Both the position numbers and the translations under genes were made by a program. Shown one piece after another: positions 41,835-51,993 of a DNA stretch of 64,000 nucleotides (position 1 is its first letter; the number at the start of each line of letters is the position of its first letter). The stretch lies in IMG/VR virus record IMGVR_UViG_3300010218_000011; one strand, written 5' to 3'. The notes beneath the pieces were generated by a model, which saw nothing but the letters and a program-made list of their open reading frames with translations, was not told the DNA's origin and ran no database searches. This stretch comes from a virus.

Positions 41835-42068
41835 ATGAAACGCTTCTTTCGTAAATTCTGGTTCCGCAATGATCAACAGCGCGCACGCGATATGCTGCAA
41901 GAAATTTGCGAAGAGCGCATCGCCGCCCGCCGCAAGTTGGAGAAGTTGAACCGCGACGCAGATCGTGCGCTTCGCGATGCCCAGATGCTCGAACTGGAAC
42001 GCTTTCGCGAATCGTTCTTCGGCAACCGCAATGTGGTGCGATCGGCGTTTCTGAGAGGTGTGCGGTGA
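41835..42068 (+). CDS. Hypothetical basic coiled-coil protein
   Basis: 77 aa from MKRFFRKFWFRND; GGAGGG upstream. Confidence 0.5.
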   Translation: MKRFFRKFWFRNDQQRARDMLQEICEERIAARRKLEKLNRDADRALRDAQMLELERFRESFFGNRNVVRSAFLRGVR

Positions 42069-42358
42069 GCGACACCAAGCACACGCCGCCCGAGCTCGAA
42101 GCGGTCGAGCTTGAAGCTGTCGGTTGGTTCGTGCGCACGAAGCGGACGATCGAAGACTCGGCAGGGTGGCTCATTGCGGACTGCTCGACGGCGGCGCATG
42201 GCAGGGAATGGGCGACGCTCTTTGCCGCGGCTCCCTTGCTTCTCGCAGCGCTTCGCAAATGCAAGTTCGATTCGCTCAACATGACGTTGGACGATCTCAC
42301 GTTTTGTAGCGCCGCCCTTGCCGCCGCCGAAGGGCGCACCGAAGAGAAGGAGGGTTGA
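42065..42358 (+). CDS. Hypothetical protein
   Basis: 97 aa from a GTG in a GTGA overlap (the track ORF starts further upstream at 41906). Confidence 0.4.
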   Translation: MSDTKHTPPELEAVELEAVGWFVRTKRTIEDSAGWLIADCSTAAHGREWATLFAAAPLLLAALRKCKFDSLNMTLDDLTFCSAALAAAEGRTEEKEG

Positions 42359-42359
42359 G

Positions 42360-42833
42360 ATGGAATCAACGAAGCTTTTCAGTCCGCATCGTTTCTGCCG
42401 AATTCTTGCCGAAGCTCGCTCCGCAAAGGTGCGCGGCAGTTGGGAAGGTTCCGCGTTTAGAAGCCATCCATGCGGCCTCATCGTCGGCAACATGAAACTG
42501 ACGAACTATTGGAACGTCAACGACTATTGTTCGATTGTGCTCGGGACCACCGACAAATGGCGTATGGGACAGAACAACCCGGCGTGCGGCGGCGATCCTC
42601 ATCCTCATCCGATCGATGGAACAGAAGTGCGCGTTTGGTACAGCGGACGCTGGGAATCCGAAGAGTTCCGCACGGCGCTTGAAGGCAAGGTGGTTGCGAT
42701 TTTGAATCGCGCGCTCGTCGAGATAGCCGCGCGTAAATCTTGGGATTTGGCTATCGTTGAGCACGCTAATTATTGCGTCAAGAAAAAGCACGCTGAAGTT
42801 GCTCGCGTCGCACTGAATTTAGCGGGGGTCTGA
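42360..42833 (+). CDS. Hypothetical protein
   Basis: 157 aa from MESTKLF; GGAGGG upstream. Confidence 0.5.
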   Translation: MESTKLFSPHRFCRILAEARSAKVRGSWEGSAFRSHPCGLIVGNMKLTNYWNVNDYCSIVLGTTDKWRMGQNNPACGGDPHPHPIDGTEVRVWYSGRWESEEFRTALEGKVVAILNRALVEIAARKSWDLAIVEHANYCVKKKHAEVARVALNLAGV

Positions 42834-42834
42834 C

Positions 42835-42936
42835 ATGCACCCACTCATTGCAGGAATCCTGATCTGGGCCGTCATTGCGGCGCTGTTTATCGGGTTTGTG
42901 GTCGGCGCTGGTGAGCCAGAACGGAGGCGGAAGTGA
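42835..42936 (+). CDS. 33-aa membrane micro-protein
   Basis: MHPLIAGILIWAVIAALFIGFVVGAGEPERRRK. Confidence 0.4.
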   Translation: MHPLIAGILIWAVIAALFIGFVVGAGEPERRRK

Positions 42937-43100
42937 GATTCTTTGACCAATTGGACGCCCTCGCCAAGCGCCACAAGATCATTGCGACCATCGTAACGGG
43001 CGCGATCGTCTTTGCATGCCTGGCGTTGGCGAATCAGATCGATAAGGAAAATGACGTCAATTTGCGCTGGCAGATGGCGTCAAACAGAGGTGCGACGTGA
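42933..43100 (+). CDS. 55-aa single-pass membrane protein
   Basis: GTG start in a GTGA overlap; ..KIIATIVTGAIVFACLALANQ.. Confidence 0.4.
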   Translation: MRFFDQLDALAKRHKIIATIVTGAIVFACLALANQIDKENDVNLRWQMASNRGAT

Positions 43101-43462
43101 GCGAGTTCTACATCGTCAGCCTGAAACACACGCGTCGCAAGGATCGCTACGTGACTCTATGGAAGCCGGATGACAGGGGTTATTGCTTCCGCACGTCGAA
43201 TGCCGGTCGATATGCCGAGGGAAATGTTCGCGCCCATCTTGGCTATTACAACTCGGGCACTTCCATTGCCGTGCCGTGTGACGTGATCGACCTCTGCACG
43301 GTCATGACGACGTCGCGCGATTGCTTCGACGGTCCGGATGGCCCCGCGTTTCTAAATACCAGCGCGAACTGGAAGCTACTGCTTGCAAACGTGATTGCGC
43401 CACCGGCCTATGAACCCAAGCCCCAATACAAGGGCGCACCAAGACAAAGGGAGTTCGCATGA
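43097..43462 (+). CDS. Hypothetical protein
   Basis: 121 aa, GTG start in a GTGA overlap. Confidence 0.5.
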   Translation: MSEFYIVSLKHTRRKDRYVTLWKPDDRGYCFRTSNAGRYAEGNVRAHLGYYNSGTSIAVPCDVIDLCTVMTTSRDCFDGPDGPAFLNTSANWKLLLANVIAPPAYEPKPQYKGAPRQREFA

Positions 43463-44706
43463 GCGATTCCAAAGAAATGACGGTTGCCGAAGCGCAACTG
43501 CCGCAGCAAGTCGCGCTTACCGTCCAAGAGCGCGCAATCATTGCCCTGGGCGGCGCCGAGCGCGAGAACGAATTGAAGGCGCTGGCGCAGAAATACGCCG
43601 ACATTACCGAAGTCAAGAACAAGGCTGGGCGGCAGCAAGTTCACGGCGCTGCGATGGAGTTGGCAAACGAATGTGTTGCCACCAAGAAGACTGGCGAGGC
43701 AGCGCGTGAAGATGCCGTCGCGCTTCAAAAGGCGGTGATCGAGCGTCAGAAATATCTGATTGGATTAGTTGAGCCGGAGAAAAAGCGCCTGCTCGAACTT
43801 CGTGATGGTTGGGACGAGGCCGAAGCCGCCGAGAAAGCCGCAAAGCTCGCCGCCGAGCAAGCCCATATCGCCGCCATCCGTTCGCGAATCGACGTCTTCC
43901 GCAACGCGCCTGCTGAGATGGTCGGCAAGTCAGCGCAGCAGATTGGAGCGTGCGCCGATCACTTGTCCGAGACGGTCATCGCTTTGGAGGAATTCGAGGG
44001 GTCTACCGGCGAAGCGATTATGGCGCGCAATGCCGCAGTGGCTCGCCTTCGAGAAATGCAATCCGCACAGGCAGCGCATGAAGTCGAACAGGCTCGACTC
44101 GCCGCGGAACGTGCCCAGTTGGAACGTGAACGGGCAGAGGCAGCCGAGCGTGAGCGCGTGGCGGCTGAGGCACGGGCCGAACAGGAACGCAAGGACCGTG
44201 AAGCGCGCGAGGCGGAAGAAGCTCGCCAACGCGCCCAGCGCGAGGCCCACGAAGCCGAATTGCGTCGGCAGCGGGAAGCAGAAGAAGCAAAGTTGCGCGC
44301 CCAGCGGGAAGCAGACGAGCAAAGACTCGCCACGGTACGTGCCGAACTAGCCCGTCAGCAGGCCGCTATCGATGCGGCCCGAGCCGAACAGGAGCGCAAA
44401 GAGCGTGAGGCAAAAGAAGCCGCCGAGGCCGAAGCCGCTCGCATCGCACAAGCGGAGGCGGATCGGATTTTTGCCGAGCGGGATCGCATTGCGGCGGAAC
44501 AGGCGGCGGAAGCCGAAGCAGGGCGACAGCATATCGCCAACACCCCGGCTCCGCAGCCGGTCGAAACGGTGACGATCCCAAAAGCCGAGTACGAGCGGTT
44601 GCTTGAACGCGACTCCTGGCTGTCATGCCTTGAGGAGGCCGGCGTCGACAACTGGCAGGGAATCGAAGAGGCCATCCAAATTCGAAGAGAGGAGCAAGCA
44701 GCGTGA
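43459..44706 (+). CDS. Long coiled-coil protein upstream of recT (recombination-module accessory)
   Basis: 415 aa; E/R/A-rich repeats (EAEEARQRAQREAHEAELRRQREAEEAKLRAQREADE..). Confidence 0.55.
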   Translation: MSDSKEMTVAEAQLPQQVALTVQERAIIALGGAERENELKALAQKYADITEVKNKAGRQQVHGAAMELANECVATKKTGEAAREDAVALQKAVIERQKYLIGLVEPEKKRLLELRDGWDEAEAAEKAAKLAAEQAHIAAIRSRIDVFRNAPAEMVGKSAQQIGACADHLSETVIALEEFEGSTGEAIMARNAAVARLREMQSAQAAHEVEQARLAAERAQLERERAEAAERERVAAEARAEQERKDREAREAEEARQRAQREAHEAELRRQREAEEAKLRAQREADEQRLATVRAELARQQAAIDAARAEQERKEREAKEAAEAEAARIAQAEADRIFAERDRIAAEQAAEAEAGRQHIANTPAPQPVETVTIPKAEYERLLERDSWLSCLEEAGVDNWQGIEEAIQIRREEQAA

Positions 44707-45734
44707 GCAACGCCCTACAAACTATCTCGCAAGAGATTTACGGCATCCGCCCTAGCTTCGAGGCTGTAGCTGTCGACCGGTCGATCAATTTCGAGCGTGA
44801 GGCCGGGTTCGCTATTCAAATTCTTGGGAATAACGAATACGCGCTCGGCATCGCAATGAGCAACAAGCAGTCCGTCATCGATGCGGTCACAAACGTTTCG
44901 GCAATCGGCATCAGCCTAAACCCGGCCAAGAAGCAAGCCTATTTGGTGCCGCGTGATCGGAAGATTTGCCTTGACCTGTCATACATCGGTCTGCTTGACC
45001 TAGCTATTGCGTCGGGCTCGATCATGTGGGGGCAGGCTGAGCTTGTGAAGGAATCCGACGATTTTCGCCTGAACGGATTCGACAAGCCTCCGACCCACGA
45101 ACGCGCGCCATTTGCCAAGAATCGCGGCGAAGTCGTCGGCGTGTACGTAGTTGCCAAGACCCACGATGGCGACTACCTGACCTGCACCATGACAATCGAC
45201 GAGGTGAACGATATTCGCAATCGGTCAAGCGCATGGAAGGCATACCTCGAAAAGAAGAAATCATGCCCGTGGGTGACCGACCCCGGCGAGATGACGAAGA
45301 AGACCGTCATCAAGCGCGCCTATAAAACGTGGCCGAAGACCGACCGACTCGACAAGGCGATCCACTTCCTCAACACGGAAGGCGACGAAGGGCTTGAGTC
45401 GATTCGTCAGCAGACGGCAGCGGTCGCCGGATGCCCCGCAGAAGTCCTGTCGGCTTGGTGCTCGAAGGCAAAAACGGCGGCATCCGAGGCCGCGCTCGGG
45501 AAGATTTGGACGGACGGCCTAGCGGTTATCAAGCCGACCAAGGACATGCAAGCCTACAACACGTTCAAGGAAGTCGTGGCGGCGCGTGGCACCGAACTGA
45601 GGAAGCCGCCGGCAGACGGAAAAACCGTTGACGTGCAGGCTACCGAGGTTAAGGCATCCAAGCGCGAGCCCGGAGCCGACGACGAGTTGCAGGCCGATTT
45701 TCAGCGCCAGATGGCAAAGGAGCAAGCGCAATGA
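44703..45734 (+). CDS. recT: RecT-family single-strand annealing protein
   Basis: 343 aa; ..LNPAKKQAYLVPR..., ..KKTVIKRAYKTWPK.. typical of RecT (recalled). Confidence 0.85.
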   Translation: MSNALQTISQEIYGIRPSFEAVAVDRSINFEREAGFAIQILGNNEYALGIAMSNKQSVIDAVTNVSAIGISLNPAKKQAYLVPRDRKICLDLSYIGLLDLAIASGSIMWGQAELVKESDDFRLNGFDKPPTHERAPFAKNRGEVVGVYVVAKTHDGDYLTCTMTIDEVNDIRNRSSAWKAYLEKKKSCPWVTDPGEMTKKTVIKRAYKTWPKTDRLDKAIHFLNTEGDEGLESIRQQTAAVAGCPAEVLSAWCSKAKTAASEAALGKIWTDGLAVIKPTKDMQAYNTFKEVVAARGTELRKPPADGKTVDVQATEVKASKREPGADDELQADFQRQMAKEQAQ

Positions 45735-46366
45735 CTATTTGGGTTGAGTGCCAGCAGGGCGAGGATCAATGGAAGGCGGCCCGCTGCGGAGTTATCACGG
45801 CATCGAAGTTCAAGGATGCGGTGGACAAACTCAAGAGCGGCAAACCATCGAACAAGGCCATCCTGTACGCCTCGCAAGTCGCCATGGAGCGCGTGACGGG
45901 CAAGCCATGCGACGAGCAGTTCGTGACGTGGCAGATGCGCCAAGGGACGGATCGTGAGCCGATGGCGCGGCTTGAGTATGAGTCACGCACCGGCAACCTT
46001 GCTACGGAATCTGGAATCGTCCTGACCGACGATCGCATGTTCGGTTACTCGTCTGACGGCTACGTTGGCGATGACGGGATCATCGAAATTAAGAGCCTCG
46101 CCAGCGCGGAAAAGATCATCTCCATGTGGCGGGATCGAGATTTTGAGGACTACATCCACCAAATAATGGGCGGACTCTGGATCAGCGGGCGCAAGTGGGC
46201 GGACTTCGTAATGTACGCACCCGATCTGGAATGCGTCGGCAAGCATTTGTTCTATCAACGCGTCGAGCGCGACGAATCGTTCATCGAGCAGCTTGAAATC
46301 GACCTGATGCAGTTTGCCGCGCTCGTCGCCGAGAACGAAAAGGTATTGCGCCAACAGGCCGCGTAA
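45731..46366 (+). CDS. YqaJ / lambda-Exo-like recombination exonuclease
   Basis: 211 aa; PD-(D/E)xK context ..YSSDGYVGDDGIIEIKS..; coupled to recT. Confidence 0.8.
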   Translation: MTIWVECQQGEDQWKAARCGVITASKFKDAVDKLKSGKPSNKAILYASQVAMERVTGKPCDEQFVTWQMRQGTDREPMARLEYESRTGNLATESGIVLTDDRMFGYSSDGYVGDDGIIEIKSLASAEKIISMWRDRDFEDYIHQIMGGLWISGRKWADFVMYAPDLECVGKHLFYQRVERDESFIEQLEIDLMQFAALVAENEKVLRQQAA

Positions 46367-46455
46367 CCCCACGCCCTCCCGCCAGCCGCCGGATGAAGCC
46401 TTCGGGCGCGAATCTCCCCTGGCTGGCGGGTACGGGCGCCAATGAGAGGAAAAAA

Positions 46456-46734
46456 ATGAACAAAGAACAGATTTACGACGAGCAGATCCATCCGCTGATG
46501 GCGCAGATCTTCGAGATTTGCCAGGCCAACAAGATCGCATTTCTCGCGTCGTTCTCGATCCCGACCGAGGAAGACGATGACCTGCGCTGCACATCAGCCA
46601 TGCTCGAAAAAGACTTCGATCCGCCCGAGGAATTCATGCGGGCATGGCAAGAGATCAAGCCTGTGCGGCGCAGTCCGTTGATGCTGACCACCGAGCGCGG
46701 CGACGGAAGCGTGACGATGACGGTGATTCCCTAA
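46456..46734 (+). CDS. Hypothetical protein
   Basis: 92 aa from MNKEQIY; GAGAGGA upstream. Confidence 0.5.
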   Translation: MNKEQIYDEQIHPLMAQIFEICQANKIAFLASFSIPTEEDDDLRCTSAMLEKDFDPPEEFMRAWQEIKPVRRSPLMLTTERGDGSVTMTVIP

Positions 46735-46753
46735 CCCCACTTTTGCGGGCCAA

Positions 46754-47248
46754 GTGGCTCGATTGAGAGAGAAGATGAACGGGATGCAATCCGCTTTCGA
46801 TAAGGTGAGCGGGCCGAAAACGCCGTGGAACCCATCGCGAATGGCAATCGCCCGAGTGAAGAACGCATTGCCTGCGCCGACAATTTGCCCGCACTGCGCC
46901 GGTAAAGTAGAGATCGCAAAGAATAGCGAGATTTACGGGCGCGAGTATGGCGAATGGCCGTGGGCATACCTATGCCGAGGCTGTTGTGCGTATGTCGGCA
47001 TGCATCCGTTCACGGCTATCCCGCTCGGCACGCTGGCCGACGAGCCGACGCGAGACGCTAGGAAGCGCGCGAAGGCTGCATTCAATCCACTGTGGGAATC
47101 GCGACGCATGACGCGCTCGGAAGCCTATTCGTGGCTGGCATCACAACTCGATATTGCTGTCGGCGCGTGCCACGTTGGCTGGTTCGATGTGGCGACTTGC
47201 GAGCGCGTCATCAAGATCATTGCGACAAGCGATAAAGGACAACCATGA
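46754..47248 (+). CDS. Zinc-finger protein (DUF3268-like)
   Basis: CPHC...CRGC pairs; pattern recalled from prophage DUF3268 proteins. Confidence 0.5.
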   Translation: MARLREKMNGMQSAFDKVSGPKTPWNPSRMAIARVKNALPAPTICPHCAGKVEIAKNSEIYGREYGEWPWAYLCRGCCAYVGMHPFTAIPLGTLADEPTRDARKRAKAAFNPLWESRRMTRSEAYSWLASQLDIAVGACHVGWFDVATCERVIKIIATSDKGQP

Positions 47249-48222
47249 CCGACACACGAGCCGAATTCGAAGCCGCCTACCTAGCCCATCTGAAACAACA
47301 GTGGCCGCTCAACAAATGCACGCCGCAGGACCTTGTTGTAATGCGCGAGGGGGATGGGTATGGGGATGGTGCTAGCGCTAGTCACTTGGCGGGCGCTTGG
47401 TGGGGGTGGAAAGCGGCATCCGTATTGGGTGGTGAGGTGGTGGCGTGGATGCTCAGTGTGCCAAGTGAATCGACTAGATGGTTTACGTCCGGGCGCGCAG
47501 CTATGGAGCATTGGGTATCGAAAGGCGCCATTTCGACGCCGCTCTACGCCCATCCCGCGCCATCCGCTCCCGCGCCAGTATCAGCGCCTTCCGATCAGCC
47601 GAGCAATTCCGTGAGCGACGGATGCGCACGCATCGGTTGTGTGCAGCCCGCCAAACTGGTCGTCGAGCCATCTGCGCCAGGGCAATGGTATGTGACGCGC
47701 CGTCACAACTCAGAGCCACCGATTGCGCTGTTCTACGACCATCAGGAGGCGCAGCGTTACGCCTCGATCTTCACCGCGCAAGACGTGCTTGAAAGCGAGG
47801 CTGACGCGCCAATTGGCTACGCAAAGCAATCACAGATCGATTCGATAAGCGAGCGCGGATCTGCGCTGCTGTATTCGGTAGCCTGTGCGGATGAGGATTG
47901 GGACGTTCCAGTCTACCTGCGCGCCGCCGCTCCCGCGCAATCGTGCAGTGATACCGAGCAAGCAGACGCTCCGCAAGCTGAAAGCCATGTGGTTTTCATC
48001 ACTGATCGCAGCCAGTCTATCGACGACGTTCTGCCGCAAGACCGTCGGTGGGTGATAAGCAAAGCCATCGGGTTGGTTGCCGGATACCGCAACTGCAAAG
48101 CGTCTGAAACCAAAGAGGCTATGCAGGAATTCGTTGACTACATGCGCTCAGCACTGTCCGGCGCATCTATTCCGCGCGCCGCCGAGCAAGCAGACGAGGC
48201 GGTGACGGGGAACGGACAATGA
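47245..48222 (+). CDS. Hypothetical protein
   Basis: 325-aa ORF, coupled to neighbours. Confidence 0.5.
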   Translation: MTDTRAEFEAAYLAHLKQQWPLNKCTPQDLVVMREGDGYGDGASASHLAGAWWGWKAASVLGGEVVAWMLSVPSESTRWFTSGRAAMEHWVSKGAISTPLYAHPAPSAPAPVSAPSDQPSNSVSDGCARIGCVQPAKLVVEPSAPGQWYVTRRHNSEPPIALFYDHQEAQRYASIFTAQDVLESEADAPIGYAKQSQIDSISERGSALLYSVACADEDWDVPVYLRAAAPAQSCSDTEQADAPQAESHVVFITDRSQSIDDVLPQDRRWVISKAIGLVAGYRNCKASETKEAMQEFVDYMRSALSGASIPRAAEQADEAVTGNGQ

Positions 48223-49109
48223 CCAAGCCTCGCCTGCTAGTCAGCTTCTCCGGAGGCCGCACGTCGGCCTACATGTCGAAGCTCCTGAAGGCCAACTACG
48301 CGGACAAGTACGACTTGCTGTTCGTGTTCGCCAACACCGGCCAGGAGCATGAGAACACGCTTCAGTTTGTCGATCAATGCGACAAGGCGTTCGGGCTGAA
48401 CGTCGTCTGGGTAGAGGCGGAAGTTGGTGCGGCTTTGGGAACTGGAACCCGAGCCCGAGTAGTCACGCTCGAAACGGCATCACGACAAGGCGAGCCTTTT
48501 GAGAGCGTGATCCGGAAGTACGGCATCCCAAACAGGAATTTCCCGCATTGCACGCGCGAACTGAAGAAAAAGCCGATCTTGGCTTACGCGCGCTCCATCG
48601 GATGGGGACCGCAGGACTATCACCTGGCGCTCGGGATACGCGCCGACGAAGCGAAGCGCATCAGCGCGCGCGCGGAGCAAGACAGGATCGTCTATCCGCT
48701 CGCGCATTGGGATCCGGTCGACAAACAGGATGTGAACGACTGGTGGTCCGATCAGCCATTCAATCTCGTGATCCCCGAGCGCTTGGGTAACTGCACATGG
48801 TGCTGGAAGAAATCTGATCGCAAGCACTTCGCGAACATCGACGAGTGCCCGGAGATATACGACTTCCCGCGGCGCATGGAACTTGAACATCCGAACACGG
48901 GCGCTGGCGCGACTGGCGAACCTAGAGTCTTTTTCCGACTTGCCCGCTCGACGGACCAGATATTCGCCGCGCGTTTCTCTGCCGAAGGCTTTCGGGTACT
49001 GCCCGAAGACGAAGACATAGACGGCGGTTGCTCGGAAAGCTGCGAAGCGTTCGGAGCCGACCAGATGGAACTATTCGAACGCATGCCAATTTTGGAATTG
49101 ACCCCATGA
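48219..49109 (+). CDS. PP-loop ATPase, PAPS-reductase-family-like
   Basis: N-terminal LLVSFSGGRTSAYM (SGGxxS PP-loop). Confidence 0.65.
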   Translation: MTKPRLLVSFSGGRTSAYMSKLLKANYADKYDLLFVFANTGQEHENTLQFVDQCDKAFGLNVVWVEAEVGAALGTGTRARVVTLETASRQGEPFESVIRKYGIPNRNFPHCTRELKKKPILAYARSIGWGPQDYHLALGIRADEAKRISARAEQDRIVYPLAHWDPVDKQDVNDWWSDQPFNLVIPERLGNCTWCWKKSDRKHFANIDECPEIYDFPRRMELEHPNTGAGATGEPRVFFRLARSTDQIFAARFSAEGFRVLPEDEDIDGGCSESCEAFGADQMELFERMPILELTP

Positions 49110-50635
49110 ACGCCACTACATCAAGCACGAAGAGCGAGAAGCCTGTCGGTGAGGACGCCGCAAATGGGGCGATGTCTGACACAGGAAACGCAGAAGCCGA
49201 CCGCATCATCAATCGTCTGTCCTCCAGTGATCCTGACTTTGATGATTGCATTGACGCTGTGGCGTTCATCCGCAAGCTCGTTGCCGAGCATAAGGGACCT
49301 GAAGGGTTCGCTACATGGAACGACGCCGCAGTGTGGGAGCGGCAGCGACGCTTGGCAGCGGAAAAGAGCTTGCGGGATACGAGCAAGGAGCTGATCTGCG
49401 CCGTCGCGGAACAGTCTGTCGATCAAGTAGCCGCAAATGGGGCGATGGGGGAGCGGGAAGCGTTTGCGGATTATAGGCGCGGCCTCATGGAAGCATTCCA
49501 CACTGCCAATATGATCAACGCCAACAGGCAAGGCAGAACGGCAGAAGAAACATGCGCATACCTTATTCGCAGCTTGGCTGAACTTGCTAACGGTGGCGAG
49601 GCCCGCGCCGCACTCACCGCCGCCGGAGAGGTGGACGAACTGGCGATGCTGGTTCGACAACTCGCCCGTCACGTCCACAAAGCCTCGCCAGACAACAATA
49701 CGGCGACTATGGCGATGGACTACTTGGAGCGTAAAGGACTGGCGGCCTCTCCGCTTCGGGACGCTGTCCCACAACCGGAACAGCCTACGCAAGCGGCGAC
49801 GTTGAGCGCCGATCAAATTTTACAGATCGCAGAGGATCACGATTTCGATATCGACACGCTAGGCACAGTGCTTGAGGAATTCGCCCGCGCCCTTCTCGCC
49901 GCCAGCGCGGGGCAGGCAGAGCCGTTCGAGAAAATCGCCCGTGCGATCCACTATCCGGCGTGTTGGGATACAGCAGCCTACCCCACGCTCGACGATGCAG
50001 CTTGCGAAGCGATAGCAGCGGCGAAGCTGACATGCAGTGAGTGCGGGGAGTGGCAATCCTTCCCCGAGCGCGATGCGACCAAGACGAACGCTGAGCAGGG
50101 TCTATACCGTAAGTTCGAAGTACGCCGCGTAGATGGCAGTGATGCGACCGGCGGCAAGCACGACGGCTGCGAATACTTCGTTCTCGATATGACGCACGAC
50201 GCGCACGCGCCTGCCGCGCTGCGAGCCTACGCACAGGCTTGCGCAAGCACGCATCCGCACCTGTCAGCCGATTTGATGGTGCGCTTTGGCGGGGAGCGGC
50301 AAGGGGCGGCGTTGAGTGAAGCCAGCGTACGCCAAATCGCGCATCGGTTCGGCGTACTTTACGACGATCGCGTCACCTTCTATGGCGACACACTCACCGA
50401 TTTCATTCGAGCCATCCTCGCCGCCAGCGCGCCGACGTTGGGCGAGCAACCCCAAGCAGCCGAGCCGAAGGGGCTAAAGGAAATTGCGGCTTCCTTTGTC
50501 GATTGGGAACTTGTCGAGCGTATGCGCAGTGCAGAAGAAATCGACAGCGAAGAAGCGGGAATGCTAGGCGCAATGATCGATAGTCAAGCACGCGAAATCG
50601 AAGCGCTTCGCGCCATTCTTTCCAAAGGAGCATGA
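49106..50635 (+). CDS. Hypothetical protein with internal repeated modules
   Basis: 509 aa from MNATTSS (ATGA overlap); repeats AANGAM x2 and F(A/I)RA(L/I)LAASA x2. Confidence 0.5.
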   Translation: MNATTSSTKSEKPVGEDAANGAMSDTGNAEADRIINRLSSSDPDFDDCIDAVAFIRKLVAEHKGPEGFATWNDAAVWERQRRLAAEKSLRDTSKELICAVAEQSVDQVAANGAMGEREAFADYRRGLMEAFHTANMINANRQGRTAEETCAYLIRSLAELANGGEARAALTAAGEVDELAMLVRQLARHVHKASPDNNTATMAMDYLERKGLAASPLRDAVPQPEQPTQAATLSADQILQIAEDHDFDIDTLGTVLEEFARALLAASAGQAEPFEKIARAIHYPACWDTAAYPTLDDAACEAIAAAKLTCSECGEWQSFPERDATKTNAEQGLYRKFEVRRVDGSDATGGKHDGCEYFVLDMTHDAHAPAALRAYAQACASTHPHLSADLMVRFGGERQGAALSEASVRQIAHRFGVLYDDRVTFYGDTLTDFIRAILAASAPTLGEQPQAAEPKGLKEIAASFVDWELVERMRSAEEIDSEEAGMLGAMIDSQAREIEALRAILSKGA

Positions 50636-50636
50636 G

Positions 50637-51299
50637 ATGGAACTGATGGACGAACAGATCGAGAAAGTCGCGCTGGATTTTGTGAAGAAGCCAGGAATGC
50701 ACGGTTACATCGAAGTAGGGGATTTGATCGACTTCGCTCGCGCATTGCTCGCCGCGCACAGCGCCGGGGTAAATGGGATGACGCCGGAACGCCGATTCCA
50801 TTTCGCGAACCGGATGATTCATATCGACGACTTGGAAGACCGCATAGCACTCGTGCGCGCAATTGAGCGAGAACTTCTCGCCGCGCACAGTGCCGGGGCG
50901 CAGGAGCCAGTAGCGTGGAGGTATCAGAGCGAAGACCCGCTTGACGGCGGAGAATGGCTCTTATCCGACACGAAGCCCAATCGTCGCAATATACAGCCGC
51001 TCTACACCTATCCCCAGCCGATTACCGATGCGGCGCGGGATGTGGCGAACACGCGACTCGCTGTTCTGGAGGCTGCCGGTAATGAACGCGATGCGAGGCT
51101 ATTTCGTGGTCTGCTGTCGCATTGCTGGGACATGCGGATGCACTTTGACAATCGAAACATGCCGAAGACGGTTTGCGCTACCTTCAAGCTATCAACGAAA
51201 ACGGGTAACGCGATGATGCGCGATGCTCGAAAGATGATCGCAGATTTCATTGAGAACGTCGCCGAAATCGATCGCCTTGATCGGGCGAAGGGGGCGTGA
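50637..51299 (+). CDS. Hypothetical protein carrying the same LLAAHSAG module twice
   Basis: 220 aa. Confidence 0.5.
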   Translation: MELMDEQIEKVALDFVKKPGMHGYIEVGDLIDFARALLAAHSAGVNGMTPERRFHFANRMIHIDDLEDRIALVRAIERELLAAHSAGAQEPVAWRYQSEDPLDGGEWLLSDTKPNRRNIQPLYTYPQPITDAARDVANTRLAVLEAAGNERDARLFRGLLSHCWDMRMHFDNRNMPKTVCATFKLSTKTGNAMMRDARKMIADFIENVAEIDRLDRAKGA

Positions 51300-51784
51300 T
51301 GACCGACAACCACACAGAGCTTTGCGAGAGGCTTCGAACAGAAAATTCGTGCGACGAAGGATTTTACGAGCACTGCACGGAAGCCGCCGATCTAATCGAA
51401 TCCCAAGCCGCCCGCATCGCGGAGCTTCAGCGCGAGCTTGAAACAGCCCGCCAAGAACGAAATGCGGCGGGCGTGAAGGCTCGCCGTGAACTCATGCCTG
51501 CATACGAAGCTAGGATCGCGGAGTTGGAAAAGGAGCGGGATGCGCTGATCCACGATAACGCCCGATTGCTCAAGGCTGCTAGAGCAGAGGAAACGCTCGC
51601 TAGTGAAGCACTTGCAGAGCGGGATGAGCTGAAGGTAGATGCAGAGCGGTACGAGTATCTGCTCGATTGCGAAGTTGAAGCCGCGCGGCGGTATCTGCCA
51701 AGTCTTGATGCAGACGAATTCAAGAATGCACGGCGCGCTCGCCATAGCGCCGCCCTCCAAGCCGAGAAGGAGACGAGATCGTGA
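51296..51784 (+). CDS. Hypothetical coiled-coil protein
   Basis: 162 aa. Confidence 0.5.
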   Translation: MMTDNHTELCERLRTENSCDEGFYEHCTEAADLIESQAARIAELQRELETARQERNAAGVKARRELMPAYEARIAELEKERDALIHDNARLLKAARAEETLASEALAERDELKVDAERYEYLLDCEVEAARRYLPSLDADEFKNARRARHSAALQAEKETRS

Positions 51785-51993
51785 CGACATTCGGCCAGCG
51801 CCTACGCATCGCCATCGAGCAGCATCAGCAAATCACGCTGACCGATTTCTGCGGGCGCACAGGGTTCTCGCAGTCGATGCTTTCGCATTACTTGAGCGGA
51901 ATCTACAAACCAGGTCTTGACTCGCTGACGACGATGATTAAGGCGCTACCGGAGACTAATATCGGATGGTTGATTACGGGAGAACCGAAATGA
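51781..51993 (+). CDS. XRE-type HTH protein
   Basis: 70 aa; ..ITLTDFCGRTGFSQSMLSHYLSG.. Confidence 0.6.
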   Translation: MTTFGQRLRIAIEQHQQITLTDFCGRTGFSQSMLSHYLSGIYKPGLDSLTTMIKALPETNIGWLITGEPK

